This document shows, one piece after another, positions 1-10,224 of a stretch of DNA of 64,000 nt. How positions within the stretch are numbered: position 1 is the first letter of the stretch; every line of letters starts with the position of its first letter. Under the pieces are notes generated by a model. It searched no databases and was not told the origin of the DNA. It saw nothing but the letters and a program-made list of their open reading frames with translations. Origin of the DNA: an uncultured Methanoregulaceae archaeon (GTDB taxonomy: Archaea > Halobacteriota > Methanomicrobia > Methanomicrobiales > Methanospirillaceae); assembly GCA_963737635.1 (NCBI GenBank), contig CAVTTL010000001.1, forward strand, positions 1,856,001-1,920,000, given 5' to 3'. A program made the translations under genes and the position numbers.

Positions 1-1
1 T

Positions 2-880
2 AAAAAGCCGGACCCTGTCAATACTCCCGGCGCCTTCCTCAACATCCCGGGGCTGGGCGATATCGATTAGGATCAGCGGGCGGGGATGACCTTCGACCGG
101 CCAGCACCGGGCATGCATTGCCTCTTTTAATTCTGCCTTGTGGATGACCGGGTGCGGTGCCGATGTGCACGATATCACGACATCGGAGAGGGTGATGTAA
201 TGGTACAGCTCGTTCATCCTGACTGCTTTTCCGCCAATCTTCTCCGCGAGCTTGACCGCCCGCCCGAACGTGCGGTTCGCGACGTACATGGCGGTCAGCT
301 GCTTTGCCGCAAGCGCCTGAGCCACAAGAAGCCCCATCTCGCCGCTGCCGACCACGAGAATGTGCCTTCCCTCAAGCGTCCCGATCTCCGATTCGGCAAG
401 AAGAACGGCGGCGGAGCCGACCGAGACGGCACCCCGGTTAATCTTCGTATTTTTGCGCACACCGATGCCAACGTGGACGGCCTTGTTGATACAGAGTGTA
501 AGGAACGTACTTGCAGTACCGGCAGTCTCTCCATCAGCAAGCGCTTTCTTGAGCTGTCCGATGATCTGGTCTTCACCGACAATCATCGATTCGATGCCGG
601 AGGCAAGGGAGAAGAGGTGGTGCAATGCTTCGCGTCCCTCAAACAGGAAGAATTTCGATCGCCCCTGATCGTCGAGGAATTCCCGGAGCGTGTCAACGCC
701 GCCTTCGACAATGATCTCGACCCGGTTGCAGGTCTGGAGGAGAAGGACACCCTGGAATTTCTTTTTTGCGGCTGCAAGAAATGCCGGTTCGTCCCCGAAC
801 CGGAAAGCCTCAAGTGCCATCACATCTGCGGTATGATGGCTCACCCCGGCGATGGCTATCCGCGATCCATGCTTATTCAT
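2..880 (-). CDS. hemA: glutamyl-tRNA reductase (runs off the window start)
   Basis: Manual translation from ATG at 880: MNKHGSRIAIAGVSHHTADVMALEAFRF...LLQTCNRVE. TCNR is the catalytic motif. The start overlaps the sirC stop. Not in the ORF track because it is open at the edge. Confidence 0.95.
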   Translation of the reverse strand, partial: MNKHGSRIAIAGVSHHTADVMALEAFRFGDEPAFLAAAKKKFQGVLLLQTCNRVEIIVEGGVDTLREFLDDQGRSKFFLFEGREALHHLFSLASGIESMIVGEDQIIGQLKKALADGETAGTASTFLTLCINKAVHVGIGVRKNTKINRGAVSVGSAAVLLAESEIGTLEGRHILVVGSGEMGLLVAQALAAKQLTAMYVANRTFGRAVKLAEKIGGKAVRMNELYHYITLSDVVISCTSAPHPVIHKAELKEAMHARCWPVEGHPRPLILIDIAQPRDVEEGAGSIDRVRLF

Positions 881-1499
881 GCAGGTACCTCTCACTTACC
901 CGCTCCCATGCCCGGTCCTGGGATTCGGTAAGCAGTGTCCATACGATCTTGTCACGGAGTACTGACCAGAGGATCCTGCGGCGCATTTCCGGGGTAGTCA
1001 TGCGTTGTTTTAACGTCTCCCGCAGTCGGTGCTGGAGTACCACCATGGCGTCAAGGGCAGGATAATTCTTCTCGATCTCCTGCCGGATAAATCGTGAGAC
1101 CGCCGGGCTCTCGCTCCCTGTACTGACGGCGATAGTATAATGCTCCCCGTTTGTTATTGCCGGGATAACCACATCACCCGGTTTCCCATTGGCATTGTTG
1201 AAAAGGACGCCGTGTTCTTTGCAGAGTGCACCGATCCGGTCGTTCTCGGCCTGATCGGAAAGCGCACCGATGACAAGAAACGCAGGCGCAATGAAAAGTC
1301 CCAGTTCAGCGTCTGTCGCCATACGGGTATCGAGCGTGTTCAGCTGGACCGGAGACGCCCGACATGACGGTCCGAAGGTCCTGCTGACCATGACGACGTC
1401 GGCTTCCCGTGCAAAATGCCCGGCTTTGCGTGCCGCCACGTCTCCTCCCCCGAAAATGACCACTCGTTTTCCCGTGCACTCCACGAAGAGCGGTATCAT
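873..1499 (-). CDS. sirC: precorrin-2 dehydrogenase / sirohydrochlorin ferrochelatase (CysG N-terminal-like)
   Basis: MIPLF...VVIFGGGDVAARK Rossmann motif and IAVSTGSESPAVSRFIR; directly upstream of hemA. Confidence 0.9.
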   Translation of the reverse strand: MIPLFVECTGKRVVIFGGGDVAARKAGHFAREADVVMVSRTFGPSCRASPVQLNTLDTRMATDAELGLFIAPAFLVIGALSDQAENDRIGALCKEHGVLFNNANGKPGDVVIPAITNGEHYTIAVSTGSESPAVSRFIRQEIEKNYPALDAMVVLQHRLRETLKQRMTTPEMRRRILWSVLRDKIVWTLLTESQDRAWERVSERYLHE

Positions 1500-1680
1500 T
1501 GATCAATACATAGAGCCATTAGGTTAATTTAAGATGTGTCATTTGGATCCGGCAGGGAGATTATGATTCCATCTTGTGAAGCCTGTCTTACGGGAGTGCC
1601 GACTGGTAAATACGCCTGCATTTATGCCTGAAATGTCGATATACTTAAATTCTATGAATGACCACACTTTAGAGCACACT

Positions 1681-1752
1681 GCGCCGATAGTGTAGTGGTT
1701 ATCACTAGGCGTTGCCAACGCCTAAACCCGGGTTCGAGTCCCGGTCGGCGCA
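1681..1752 (+). tRNA. tRNA-Gly (GCC)
   Basis: GCGCCGA/TCGGCGC acceptor stem, anticodon arm AGGCG-TTGCCAA-CGCCT, T-arm CCGGG-TTCGAGT-CCCGG. Confidence 0.97.
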
Positions 1753-1834
1753 CTCTGTTTTGATGTTCGAGGCGGTGCACTTTTATTATTGATCTTTATC
1801 ATAGCTAAAGCCTCGGCCGGGGTGGCACCACTTT

Positions 1835-2575
1835 TCAAGTCTCGATTTGCCTATCGCTTTTACCTAGATTGCACTCTTCGCAAAGCGTTTGAAGATTGTC
1901 TAAAGTACTCTTTCCTCCTTTGGAGAATGGGATGATATGATCTATATGTAATTTTGTTCCGAAATCAGTAGCGGGGCTTTTCCCGCAAAATACGCATTTG
2001 AAATTATCTCGAATGAGTACCTTCAGCCTCAAACTAAGCGATACATTTCTAGATTTTTCTCTCGAATATTCATCAGCTTCATTACTATCTTTAACAAGGA
2101 ATTCATCTCCATTAAATCTGACAAAATTTTCAGACGAAATTTCTCCACCCATTTGATACTCAATAAATTTTTGACATGCGGTAGTCCAACTACCAAACCG
2201 TCTTTTGTAAGCACCAATACTGATTTTCGGGTCTGATATTTCCCATTCAGTTCTGGAGGGCCGTTGACCAACTTTTTGCCATATCTTCCCCATTTCTTCA
2301 AACAAATCTTTATCGGAATAAATGCGTTGTGGCGCATGAGGACGTGGGAATAAGTTTAGTCCTTTTTTTTGAAGATTTGTTTTTAACGCTACCAGTCCAT
2401 TTTTCCAACTCCCATAATGATTCTGTATCGTGGATGCAGACATTCCGGAAAATTTTGTAAAATCTCGCTTCGAAAATTCAAAAAAATTAAAATGAATAGC
2501 TGCTTTTTCAAGTTCGTCCATTATCTTAGATTCGGAAAATTTATCGATTCGATGTCGTTGGAAATTAAAATCCAT
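1835..2575 (-). CDS. HNH endonuclease with two N-terminal homing-endonuclease-associated (GSW) repeats
   Basis: C-terminal RDNFKCVFCG...HIDHIIPFSKGG...NLQTLCEECNLGK; repeats HYGSWKNGL and RFGSWTTAC; visibly more AT-rich than its flanks. Confidence 0.88.
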   Translation of the reverse strand: MDFNFQRHRIDKFSESKIMDELEKAAIHFNFFEFSKRDFTKFSGMSASTIQNHYGSWKNGLVALKTNLQKKGLNLFPRPHAPQRIYSDKDLFEEMGKIWQKVGQRPSRTEWEISDPKISIGAYKRRFGSWTTACQKFIEYQMGGEISSENFVRFNGDEFLVKDSNEADEYSREKSRNVSLSLRLKVLIRDNFKCVFCGKSPATDFGTKLHIDHIIPFSKGGKSTLDNLQTLCEECNLGKSDRQIET

Positions 2576-2803
2576 AATTATGACAGAGGTTGTATCTTGG
2601 ATATATCAATTAATCTCAGATTCTGTTCTGAAAATACTATATTGTTTTCCATGTCGGATTTTTCCGAATAATTTTATCCTCGTCACATCCCCGGTCCGGA
2701 CGATGGGTAGATGTGCAGACCCAGGTATAGCCCGGCCTTCTCTCTGTTAGAGGATCCAAACCAGTCATGAATATATACCGAATAGTCAATATCCAATCAA
2801 ACG

Positions 2804-3352
2804 ATGTCGCTGATGGGCACCTGGACCGGCTTTCTGGACGTACTCAAAAAGGATCCGGAGAAGAGAAAGCAGTTGATCGGTGTTCCTGCATTCACACTCG
2901 CATATCCGGCAATGCAGCTGGTAATACGGTACATTCCCAATCCGCTTGTTCCCGGGGCCACTATCGCCCTGAATATGATCCTGCCGGTTCTTGCCGGTTA
3001 TTTTTTTGGACCGTGGAGCGGTGCCGTCGCCGGCGGTGTTGGGACAGGTATAGCATCATTACTCACTGGTTCAATATACACGGTCCTTGCAATCATTCCT
3101 CAGACTATCATGGGAGCGGTGGCCGGCTGGACCGGCAAGTACCGTTCCGAATTCCTGACCGCCTCAACCATCCTGATCGGTCACGCCCTGAATATCCTTT
3201 TTTACGTCGGAGCCGGAGTCACAACTATTCCCGCAGAAAAAGTAGGGATAACCCTTCTTGGCCTTGCAACAGAATCCATGGTTGACATCATCGCCATCGT
3301 TATCCTCATCCTGCTTTTGAAACGGTATCTCTATTGTACGGAACGATGGTAA
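2804..3352 (+). CDS. ECF transporter S-component-like membrane protein
   Basis: About 180 aa, about six hydrophobic segments, IPNPLVPG...LAGYFFGPWSGAVAGGVG pattern typical of S components. Confidence 0.65.
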   Translation: MSLMGTWTGFLDVLKKDPEKRKQLIGVPAFTLAYPAMQLVIRYIPNPLVPGATIALNMILPVLAGYFFGPWSGAVAGGVGTGIASLLTGSIYTVLAIIPQTIMGAVAGWTGKYRSEFLTASTILIGHALNILFYVGAGVTTIPAEKVGITLLGLATESMVDIIAIVILILLLKRYLYCTERW

Positions 3353-5217
3353 TGCTGCTGCAAAAACGGGTGGTTGAGGGTGCGAGAGTTGCTGTAATTC
3401 TGATTCTAATAGTCACGGCATGTCTGGGTGTTTTCCTGACACGGGACCAGCCCGGCCAGTGGGCAGAATTGTATGCGGATCTGTTTATCATTCCCATCCT
3501 TATTGCATCGTTCTATTATGGTCGTATCATCGGTTTATCAGTTGCACTGATATCAAGCCTCGTCATCGGCTCACTTGCCATCGGTACATCCAATCTGCTT
3601 GAGTCTCCTCTTGTTGTGCGGCTGCTTTTCCAGATCCTTATTTTCGGTGCCGTAGCGATTGTCACCACAGAACTTGCCGGGCGCGAGAGGGAATTAAAGA
3701 ACCGGTATCAAAATCTGTTTGAAGGCTCACCCTTCGGCCTGTACCGCACGACCCCTGCCGGCATAATCCTTGAGGTAAACCCTGCAATGACACAGATGCT
3801 AGGGTACCCGGATCAGGCCCTTTTGGTCGGGATGAGCATTGCCGATATTTATCTGAATCCGAAAGAGTGGGAACCGTTACAAACGTTAATTGAACGTGAT
3901 GGGATTGTCCAGGGGTTTGAAACACAGATCCGGAGACCGGATGGGATAATTATCTGGGTCAGGGATACGGTCCGGACTGCCCGGGATAAAGACGGTTTTG
4001 TGGAGTTCTACGATGGATCTCTCGAAGACATCACAGAACGCAAACGCACCCAGGATGCTTTGCGGGAGAGCGAGGAGTTCAACCGCAACCTTGTGGAGAA
4101 CCTGCCGGACATTATCGCAGTATACGACCGTAAGGGGATTGTCAGGTTCGCCAACCGGGCCGGGCTGAACGTATTAGGGTCTCCTTCGTCAAAAGTCGTC
4201 GGAAATCCGATCCTCTCGTTTGTCACGGATGATCAGCAAGGGGAGATGGAAAGGAAGATGAGCGCACGATTATCCGGTGCTCAGGTACCTTCCTATGAAA
4301 TTGATATCAGGACCAACAGCGGAGAGATCATCCCCACTATTCTTCAAGGAGTCCCGATCAGGTACCAGGAAGAACCTGCCGTGCTATTGCTTATAACCGA
4401 CATCACCGAGCGCAAACGGGCTGAGCAGATTCTTCTCGAATCCCATCGCGATCTTGAGAAGAAGGTCGCTTTGCGGACCCGCGAACTCTCGGAGGCCAAC
4501 CTCCATCTCCAGGAGCTCGACCGGCTCAAATCGCTGTTTATCGCGTCCATGAGCCATGAACTCCGGACACCGCTCAACTCCATCATCGGCTTTACCGGCA
4601 TCCTCGTAAAAGGGATGGCTGGGGAGATCAACGCGGAGCAGAAAAAGCAGCTCGGTATGGTACAGGATAGTGCCCGGCACCTGCTCGCGCTTATCAACGA
4701 TGTCATCGACATCTCCAAGATCGAGGCGGGCAAGATCGAAGCTGGCGCCTCGACCTTTAATCTTGCTGACGTAATGAACGAAGTGAGGAATACCTTTGCT
4801 CAGGCAGCACAGGACCGGGGACTTGTCCTCACCATTGAAATTCCCGGTCCCCTTGCCATCACCAGCGATGAACGCCGTATTAAACAGATCATCATGAACC
4901 TTGTGAGTAACGCCATCAAGTTTACCGATACCGGAAGGGTCGATGTAACTGTCGGACAGAAAGATGTAATGGTAGAAATCAGCGTCAGGGACACCGGGAT
5001 CGGCATCAAAAAAGAAGATCTGGAGGGGCTCTTTCGCCCTTTTGTCCGGGTGATGGTGCCCGGCCGCCTGACCGAAGGGACAGGCCTTGGACTGTACCTA
5101 TCAAAGAAAATCGCCCGGTTCCTCGGCGGGGATATTACCGCGAACAGCGAGCTGCACGAGGGAAGCGTGTTCACGTTTACCTTCCCGGTGACGTACGAGA
5201 AGAAGGAGGAACCATGA
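3352..5217 (+). CDS. membrane-bound two-PAS sensor histidine kinase
   Basis: N-terminal TM helices, two PAS/PAC domains, H-box MSHELRTPLNS, N-box NLVSNAIKFT, DTGIG, GTGLGL. Start is ATG 3352 (TAATG overlap) or 3346. Confidence 0.93.
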   Translation: MLLQKRVVEGARVAVILILIVTACLGVFLTRDQPGQWAELYADLFIIPILIASFYYGRIIGLSVALISSLVIGSLAIGTSNLLESPLVVRLLFQILIFGAVAIVTTELAGRERELKNRYQNLFEGSPFGLYRTTPAGIILEVNPAMTQMLGYPDQALLVGMSIADIYLNPKEWEPLQTLIERDGIVQGFETQIRRPDGIIIWVRDTVRTARDKDGFVEFYDGSLEDITERKRTQDALRESEEFNRNLVENLPDIIAVYDRKGIVRFANRAGLNVLGSPSSKVVGNPILSFVTDDQQGEMERKMSARLSGAQVPSYEIDIRTNSGEIIPTILQGVPIRYQEEPAVLLLITDITERKRAEQILLESHRDLEKKVALRTRELSEANLHLQELDRLKSLFIASMSHELRTPLNSIIGFTGILVKGMAGEINAEQKKQLGMVQDSARHLLALINDVIDISKIEAGKIEAGASTFNLADVMNEVRNTFAQAAQDRGLVLTIEIPGPLAITSDERRIKQIIMNLVSNAIKFTDTGRVDVTVGQKDVMVEISVRDTGIGIKKEDLEGLFRPFVRVMVPGRLTEGTGLGLYLSKKIARFLGGDITANSELHEGSVFTFTFPVTYEKKEEP

Positions 5218-5576
5218 CAAAAGCACTGGTCATCGAGGACAATGAAAAGAACCGGTATCTTATTTCTTTTATCTTAAAAGGGAATGGGTATGAAGTGATT
5301 GAGGCGATCACCGGAGAGGAGGGGGTTGAGATGGCAATCAGGGAACACCCGGATCTGGTCCTTATGGATATCCAGCTGCCGGGTATCGACGGATATGAGG
5401 CGACGCGGCGTATCCGGACATCTCCCGCCGGTGAAAAAATTCCTGTTATTGCGCTGACTTCCTATGCAATGGCTGGTGATCGCGAGCGGGCGCTTGCCGC
5501 CGGATGCACCGGGTACGTCGAAAAACCCATCAACCCGGATACTATCATAGATGAAATCCAAAAATATATCAGGTAA
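5214..5576 (+). CDS. single-domain response regulator (receiver)
   Basis: LVIEDN, DLVLMDIQLPGIDG, IALT, KP motifs; ATGA overlap with the kinase. Confidence 0.95.
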   Translation: MTKALVIEDNEKNRYLISFILKGNGYEVIEAITGEEGVEMAIREHPDLVLMDIQLPGIDGYEATRRIRTSPAGEKIPVIALTSYAMAGDRERALAAGCTGYVEKPINPDTIIDEIQKYIR

Positions 5577-5694
5577 CGTTATTACATCTCAAGGAAGGCT
5601 TTGTGCGATTGAACCGGGTTTGTTTTGAGGAAATCTGGGAGAAGAACAAAAGAATCAGGAATAAAAAGAAGGATATGCAGTGGTTGGAGCAAGC

Positions 5695-7188
5695 ATGAAG
5701 ATCCTGATCGCGGACGACAATACGCAAAATCTCTATATGCTCGAAGTACTGCTCAAAGGAGCGGGGTATACCGTTGTTACCGCAAAAAACGGGATCGAGG
5801 CTTTGGAAAAACTCCGTACCACCCCGGTTGATGGCATTGTTTCTGACGTTCTCATGCCTCGTATGGACGGGTTCCGGCTGATCCGGGAATGCAAGAACAA
5901 TCCGGTGCTCCGGCAGATTCCGTTCCTCTTCTACACCGCGACATTTACCGAAAAGAAGGACGAGGAGTTCGGACTCTCTCTTGGGGCGATCCGGTACATC
6001 ATCAAGCCGGCGGAACCTGAAGAGCTCCTCAGGGAGATCGAGGCCGCATTTTCAGAACATGCACAGCTCCCGAGAGATTACGCGACACAGCCGGTTGTCG
6101 ACGAAGGTACGTTTAGTCGCGAATACACGCAGCGGATCGGTCTAAAGCTGGAGAAGAGAAATCAGCAGCTTACCGAAAGTGAAGAAAAGTTCCGGATGAT
6201 CTACGAGAACTCCATGGATGCAATTCTCCTGACCAGCCCGGATGGCAGCATTCAGGCAGCAAATCCTGCGGCGTGTGCCATGTTCCAGCGGACAGAAGAT
6301 GAGATCATCAGGAATGGAGGAAGCCTGATTGTGGATATAACAGACCCCCGCCTGTTATCTGCGCTGGAAGAGCGCGATCGCACCGGCCGGTTTAAAGGCG
6401 AACTTACGTTCCTGCGAAAGGATGGGACACGATTCCCCGGGGAGATCTCCTCTAATATTTTTACGGATCGTACCGGGCAGAAACGGACGAGCACGATTAT
6501 CCGGGACACTTCTGAAAGCAGGAAGCAGGAAAAGGCCCTGCTGATCGCAAACCAGAAACTGAACCTGATGAACATGGTCGCGTGGCATGATATTTACAAC
6601 AAGATAACCGGAATACGGGGATATGTCGAGCTGAGTAAGGAGCATATTACAGATCAAAAAGCGAATGACTATCTCGCCCGGGAGGAGGAGATCCTTAAAG
6701 TAATCCATCAGCAGATTACGTATACCAAGGAGTACCAGCAGATTGGTGAGAAACCACCCCGCTGGCAGAACCTGGATGACCTGCTGAAAACCATCCTCTT
6801 CCGGGGTGTTGCGGGATCCATTACCGTCACCAACGAAGCAAAGAATCTGGAAATATTCGCGGATCCGGTAATAAAGAAAGTGTTCTGGCACTTGATCAAC
6901 AACACGGTAAACCATGGAGAAAAGGCAACAGACATCCGGATTACGGCTACTGAATCTGCAGCCGGTTGTTCCCTGGTATATCAGGACAACGGCGTCGGGA
7001 TTCCGGAGGACAAGCGACATGACCTTTTTACCAAAAGTTTTGGCAAAGTGACCGGGTTCGATCTCTTCTTTGTGCACGATATCCTTGAGATCTCCGGGAT
7101 GCAGATACAGGAAACGGGGGAGCCGGGAATGGGAGTCAGGTTCGAGATCGGTATCCCAAAGGGACTCTACCGTTTTAACGGAGGTTGA
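5695..7188 (+). CDS. hybrid receiver-PAS-histidine kinase
   Basis: MKILIADD...SDVLMPRMDG receiver, PAS, HDIYNK H-box, DNGVGI. Confidence 0.9.
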   Translation: MKILIADDNTQNLYMLEVLLKGAGYTVVTAKNGIEALEKLRTTPVDGIVSDVLMPRMDGFRLIRECKNNPVLRQIPFLFYTATFTEKKDEEFGLSLGAIRYIIKPAEPEELLREIEAAFSEHAQLPRDYATQPVVDEGTFSREYTQRIGLKLEKRNQQLTESEEKFRMIYENSMDAILLTSPDGSIQAANPAACAMFQRTEDEIIRNGGSLIVDITDPRLLSALEERDRTGRFKGELTFLRKDGTRFPGEISSNIFTDRTGQKRTSTIIRDTSESRKQEKALLIANQKLNLMNMVAWHDIYNKITGIRGYVELSKEHITDQKANDYLAREEEILKVIHQQITYTKEYQQIGEKPPRWQNLDDLLKTILFRGVAGSITVTNEAKNLEIFADPVIKKVFWHLINNTVNHGEKATDIRITATESAAGCSLVYQDNGVGIPEDKRHDLFTKSFGKVTGFDLFFVHDILEISGMQIQETGEPGMGVRFEIGIPKGLYRFNGG

Positions 7189-7247
7189 TTCCGGTTGTCG
7201 CGTGTCACCCTCAGGTCATCGGGGTGCTGAGTGGGAAGGACACCGTG

Positions 7248-9683
7248 TCACGGTATACTACACCTGATCATCACATATTTGACTGCGTCGTTGATCACAA
7301 ATGAGAAGACAACGGACATCCCGATTACAGTCAGCGTATCAAGAGGTGGAATACCCGTAAGCCCGGGGATTCCTAAGGTAACCAGTATCCCGACGATGCA
7401 CATGTCTGCAAGGGTAATAAGGAACAGCGATCTGCTGGGAAAAGAGTCCCAGAAGTGTCCCCGTTCTCGGACCACAAAGACCGTGAGCAGCCCGAAGTAG
7501 AAGAGGATCGCAAACGAGAACGTCTGGATTGCCGCGATATGGCCGGCAAGACCGAGAGGTCCTAATCCAACGGCAAGGATCGCAAGGGATTCAAGAACCA
7601 CAAGAACTCCGAGGACAAGCGAAGACTTCACTAAGCCCGATATATCCCAGGTGTCCGGTTTTGTGGATCCCCGGACATTATCGGTCGAGAGCGACAGGGT
7701 CACAAAATCGATCACGAAGAGCAGCAGCACAACATCGAATACCGAGACGATGAACTGCCCGGTCAAGAGAAATGCTGCTACCACAAAGACGACGATCTGG
7801 AACGTCTTGACCACTTTGTTAATGATCCAAGTCAGCAGCCGCTGGTGCATCATGCGCCCTACGAGGACAAGGTCCACAATATTCCCCAGGCCCTCACCGG
7901 TAAGCACGACACTCGCCGCCCCCTTTGCCACATCGGTCGCGCTGCTGACAGCGATCCCCACTTCAGCCTGCCGGAGCGATGGTGCGTCGTTGATGCCGTC
8001 CCCGGTCATTCCCACAATATGGCCTTTCTCCTGCAGACTCTTGACGATCGCATACTTGTCCTGGGGATAGATCCTCGCAAACCCGGCGCTCTCTTCAACC
8101 ATCCGGGACGCCCGTTCCGGATCTGTTGTCTGCACCTTCTCAAATTCCTCGGCAGACGTGATCGTGCCGGAGAGACCCACCTGCCGGGCCGTCTCCTGGG
8201 CGATCGGGAGGGCATCGCCGGTCAGGATCTTGACGGATATCCCGAGATCTTCCAGATCACTGATGAGTTTTCCAGCATCAGACCGCGGCGGGTCATACAA
8301 GGCAACGAGACCAATAGTCTTCAGCGGTTTTCCCTGCTCGCTCATGGCAACGGCGAGCGTCCGGTACCCTTTCGCTGCAAAGCCGGCAGACTGAATCCGG
8401 CATGAGGCAGCGTCGGTCCCGGTTAGTTCCGTGATAGCGACAAGGGCCCCCTTGACCACCCGGTACTTTATCCCGTCCTTCTCTACCAGCGCCTCGGTTC
8501 GCCGGGTCGCCGGGTCAAACGGGACAAAGGATCGCCGGATGAACGCCTCAGTTGAAATATGCCGCTCCTTTGCCGCGACCAGAAAGGCACAATCGATAGG
8601 ATCGTGGTTAGCAGCCTCCGAGGCAAGCGCCCCGTACAAGAGGACGTCCGTCTCGGTCCACCTGTTCTCTGGGATAATGCCGGTAACGGTAAGCTGGTTC
8701 CGGGTGATCGTCCCGGTCTTGTCCGAGCAGAGCGTGTCCATCGTCGCGGCGTCTTCCGAAGCGCTCAGCCGGGTCACGAGCACGCCGCGTCGCGAGAGCT
8801 CCATCGACCCAAGTGCCATGGTGATGGTAAACATCGCCGGCAATGCAATCGGGATCGCAGAAGCAAGGAGCACGAGGGCAAGGGGGAGGACGTCCAGCAC
8901 GTCCATGCCGGATAGAAGTGACGCGACAGAGCCTGCCGCAACTGCGAGGACAACAATCACTACCAGCCATTTCACGATCTGGCCCATGACCTCTTCGGCC
9001 TGGAGCCGGGGGCGGGCAAACTGCACCAGTTCCGTTGTTTTTCCAAAATACGTTTTTGTCCCGGTTGTTACGACAAGCCCGGTTGCCTCACCGGATTTTA
9101 TGATCGAACCGGAAAAGAGTGTCGCATCTTGCTTTTTTGGAACCATGAGCGACTCGCCTGTCAGTGCCGATTGGTCAACCTCAAGGTGCCCATCGAGAAT
9201 TTTAGCATCGGCGGGGACGAAGTCTCCTGCCCGTATCCTTACAATATCTCCGGGGACAAGGTCCCGTGCCGGAATGATCTGCCAGGTACCGTCCCGTAAT
9301 GTACGGGCGTTGACTCGCAACCGCTGCTTGAGTGCATCGACAGCCTTCGATGCTTTCTGTTCCTGGAAAAAACCCAGGATTGCGTTTAATAAAAGAAGTG
9401 CAACGATAATGGAGACATTGGCATAATTCTTCAGGATAAGAGAGAGCACAATAACCGCTTCAAGCATCCACGCGGTAGGGCCGGAGAATTTTTTTGCAAA
9501 ACTGAGATACGGGTTGGGTTTTACCTCAGGGACTTCATTGTAACCGTAGAGTGCGATCCGGCGCTGGTGCTCAGCAGACGACAGGCCGGATTGAGTGTCT
9601 GTCGTAAGAGCAGCAATCAGCTCTTCAATTCCCATAGCCTCGTAACCGGTGCTTGTTCCCGCTGAGTCTTTTTCTTCCGGCAT
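7248..9683 (-). CDS. plasma-membrane-type proton-efflux P-type ATPase
   Basis: TGES, IPIALPA, CSDKTGT, LTGD, GDGINDAPSL motifs; 811 aa P3A-like layout. Confidence 0.9.
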   Translation of the reverse strand: MPEEKDSAGTSTGYEAMGIEELIAALTTDTQSGLSSAEHQRRIALYGYNEVPEVKPNPYLSFAKKFSGPTAWMLEAVIVLSLILKNYANVSIIVALLLLNAILGFFQEQKASKAVDALKQRLRVNARTLRDGTWQIIPARDLVPGDIVRIRAGDFVPADAKILDGHLEVDQSALTGESLMVPKKQDATLFSGSIIKSGEATGLVVTTGTKTYFGKTTELVQFARPRLQAEEVMGQIVKWLVVIVVLAVAAGSVASLLSGMDVLDVLPLALVLLASAIPIALPAMFTITMALGSMELSRRGVLVTRLSASEDAATMDTLCSDKTGTITRNQLTVTGIIPENRWTETDVLLYGALASEAANHDPIDCAFLVAAKERHISTEAFIRRSFVPFDPATRRTEALVEKDGIKYRVVKGALVAITELTGTDAASCRIQSAGFAAKGYRTLAVAMSEQGKPLKTIGLVALYDPPRSDAGKLISDLEDLGISVKILTGDALPIAQETARQVGLSGTITSAEEFEKVQTTDPERASRMVEESAGFARIYPQDKYAIVKSLQEKGHIVGMTGDGINDAPSLRQAEVGIAVSSATDVAKGAASVVLTGEGLGNIVDLVLVGRMMHQRLLTWIINKVVKTFQIVVFVVAAFLLTGQFIVSVFDVVLLLFVIDFVTLSLSTDNVRGSTKPDTWDISGLVKSSLVLGVLVVLESLAILAVGLGPLGLAGHIAAIQTFSFAILFYFGLLTVFVVRERGHFWDSFPSRSLFLITLADMCIVGILVTLGIPGLTGIPPLDTLTVIGMSVVFSFVINDAVKYVMIRCSIP

Positions 9684-9830
9684 CGTCTCACCGTTTTTAT
9701 TGAGAGGTCTTCACTTTTGGTGCGTCACAGACGGAGATAAACGTTGTGCGGGTTAAAGACAAATCCATTCAGCAGAAAGAAAGTGATATCCTGTGTGTAC
9801 ACTCCACCCGACGCCGTCACGATGGAAAAA

Positions 9831-10124
9831 TCAATAGTCTTTGTAGATCAGCCCGGTGATGTTACCAAGATCGTCTCCCACCGTCATCATATCATTTGTG
9901 TCTGAAAACGGCACGTTGTTGACATAAACGGCGAAGATAAGGCGCTTCCCGCTCTTCGTATCCACATAGCCGGCAAGGGACACGAGTGCGGTCAGGGCCG
10001 CATTGACCATCAGGAATGCGAGATAATACCGGATGATCGATAGTATCTCCTCCCGTGATTTCCTGAACGTTTCCAGCGGCCGGGAAAGGAGATCCGTTGC
10101 TTTCCGGATGATCGTATCCGTCAT
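9831..10124 (-). pseudogene. chimeric fragment: Yip1-like N-terminus fused to the C-terminal strand of an S13 (DacB-like) peptidase
   Basis: MTDTIIRKATDLLSRPLETFRKSREE..YYL resembles Yip1 starts; SLAGYVDTKSGKRLIFAVYVNN resembles the DacB end; only 97 aa. Confidence 0.55.
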
Positions 10125-10224
10125 AGAACAGGGCTCTACGGGAGGATATATAAAAAGGTGGTATTTTCTGAAAAACACATCTTGAAATATCCCGGCACCG
10201 AAGAGAGATGTGAGGCAAAACACC

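Noticed and set aside
140-931. 263-aa + strand ORF
   Set aside because: Antisense shadow of hemA. The same applies to other long shadows such as 8431-9426, 12106-13005, 16893-17657, 25825-26811 and 60878-61612.
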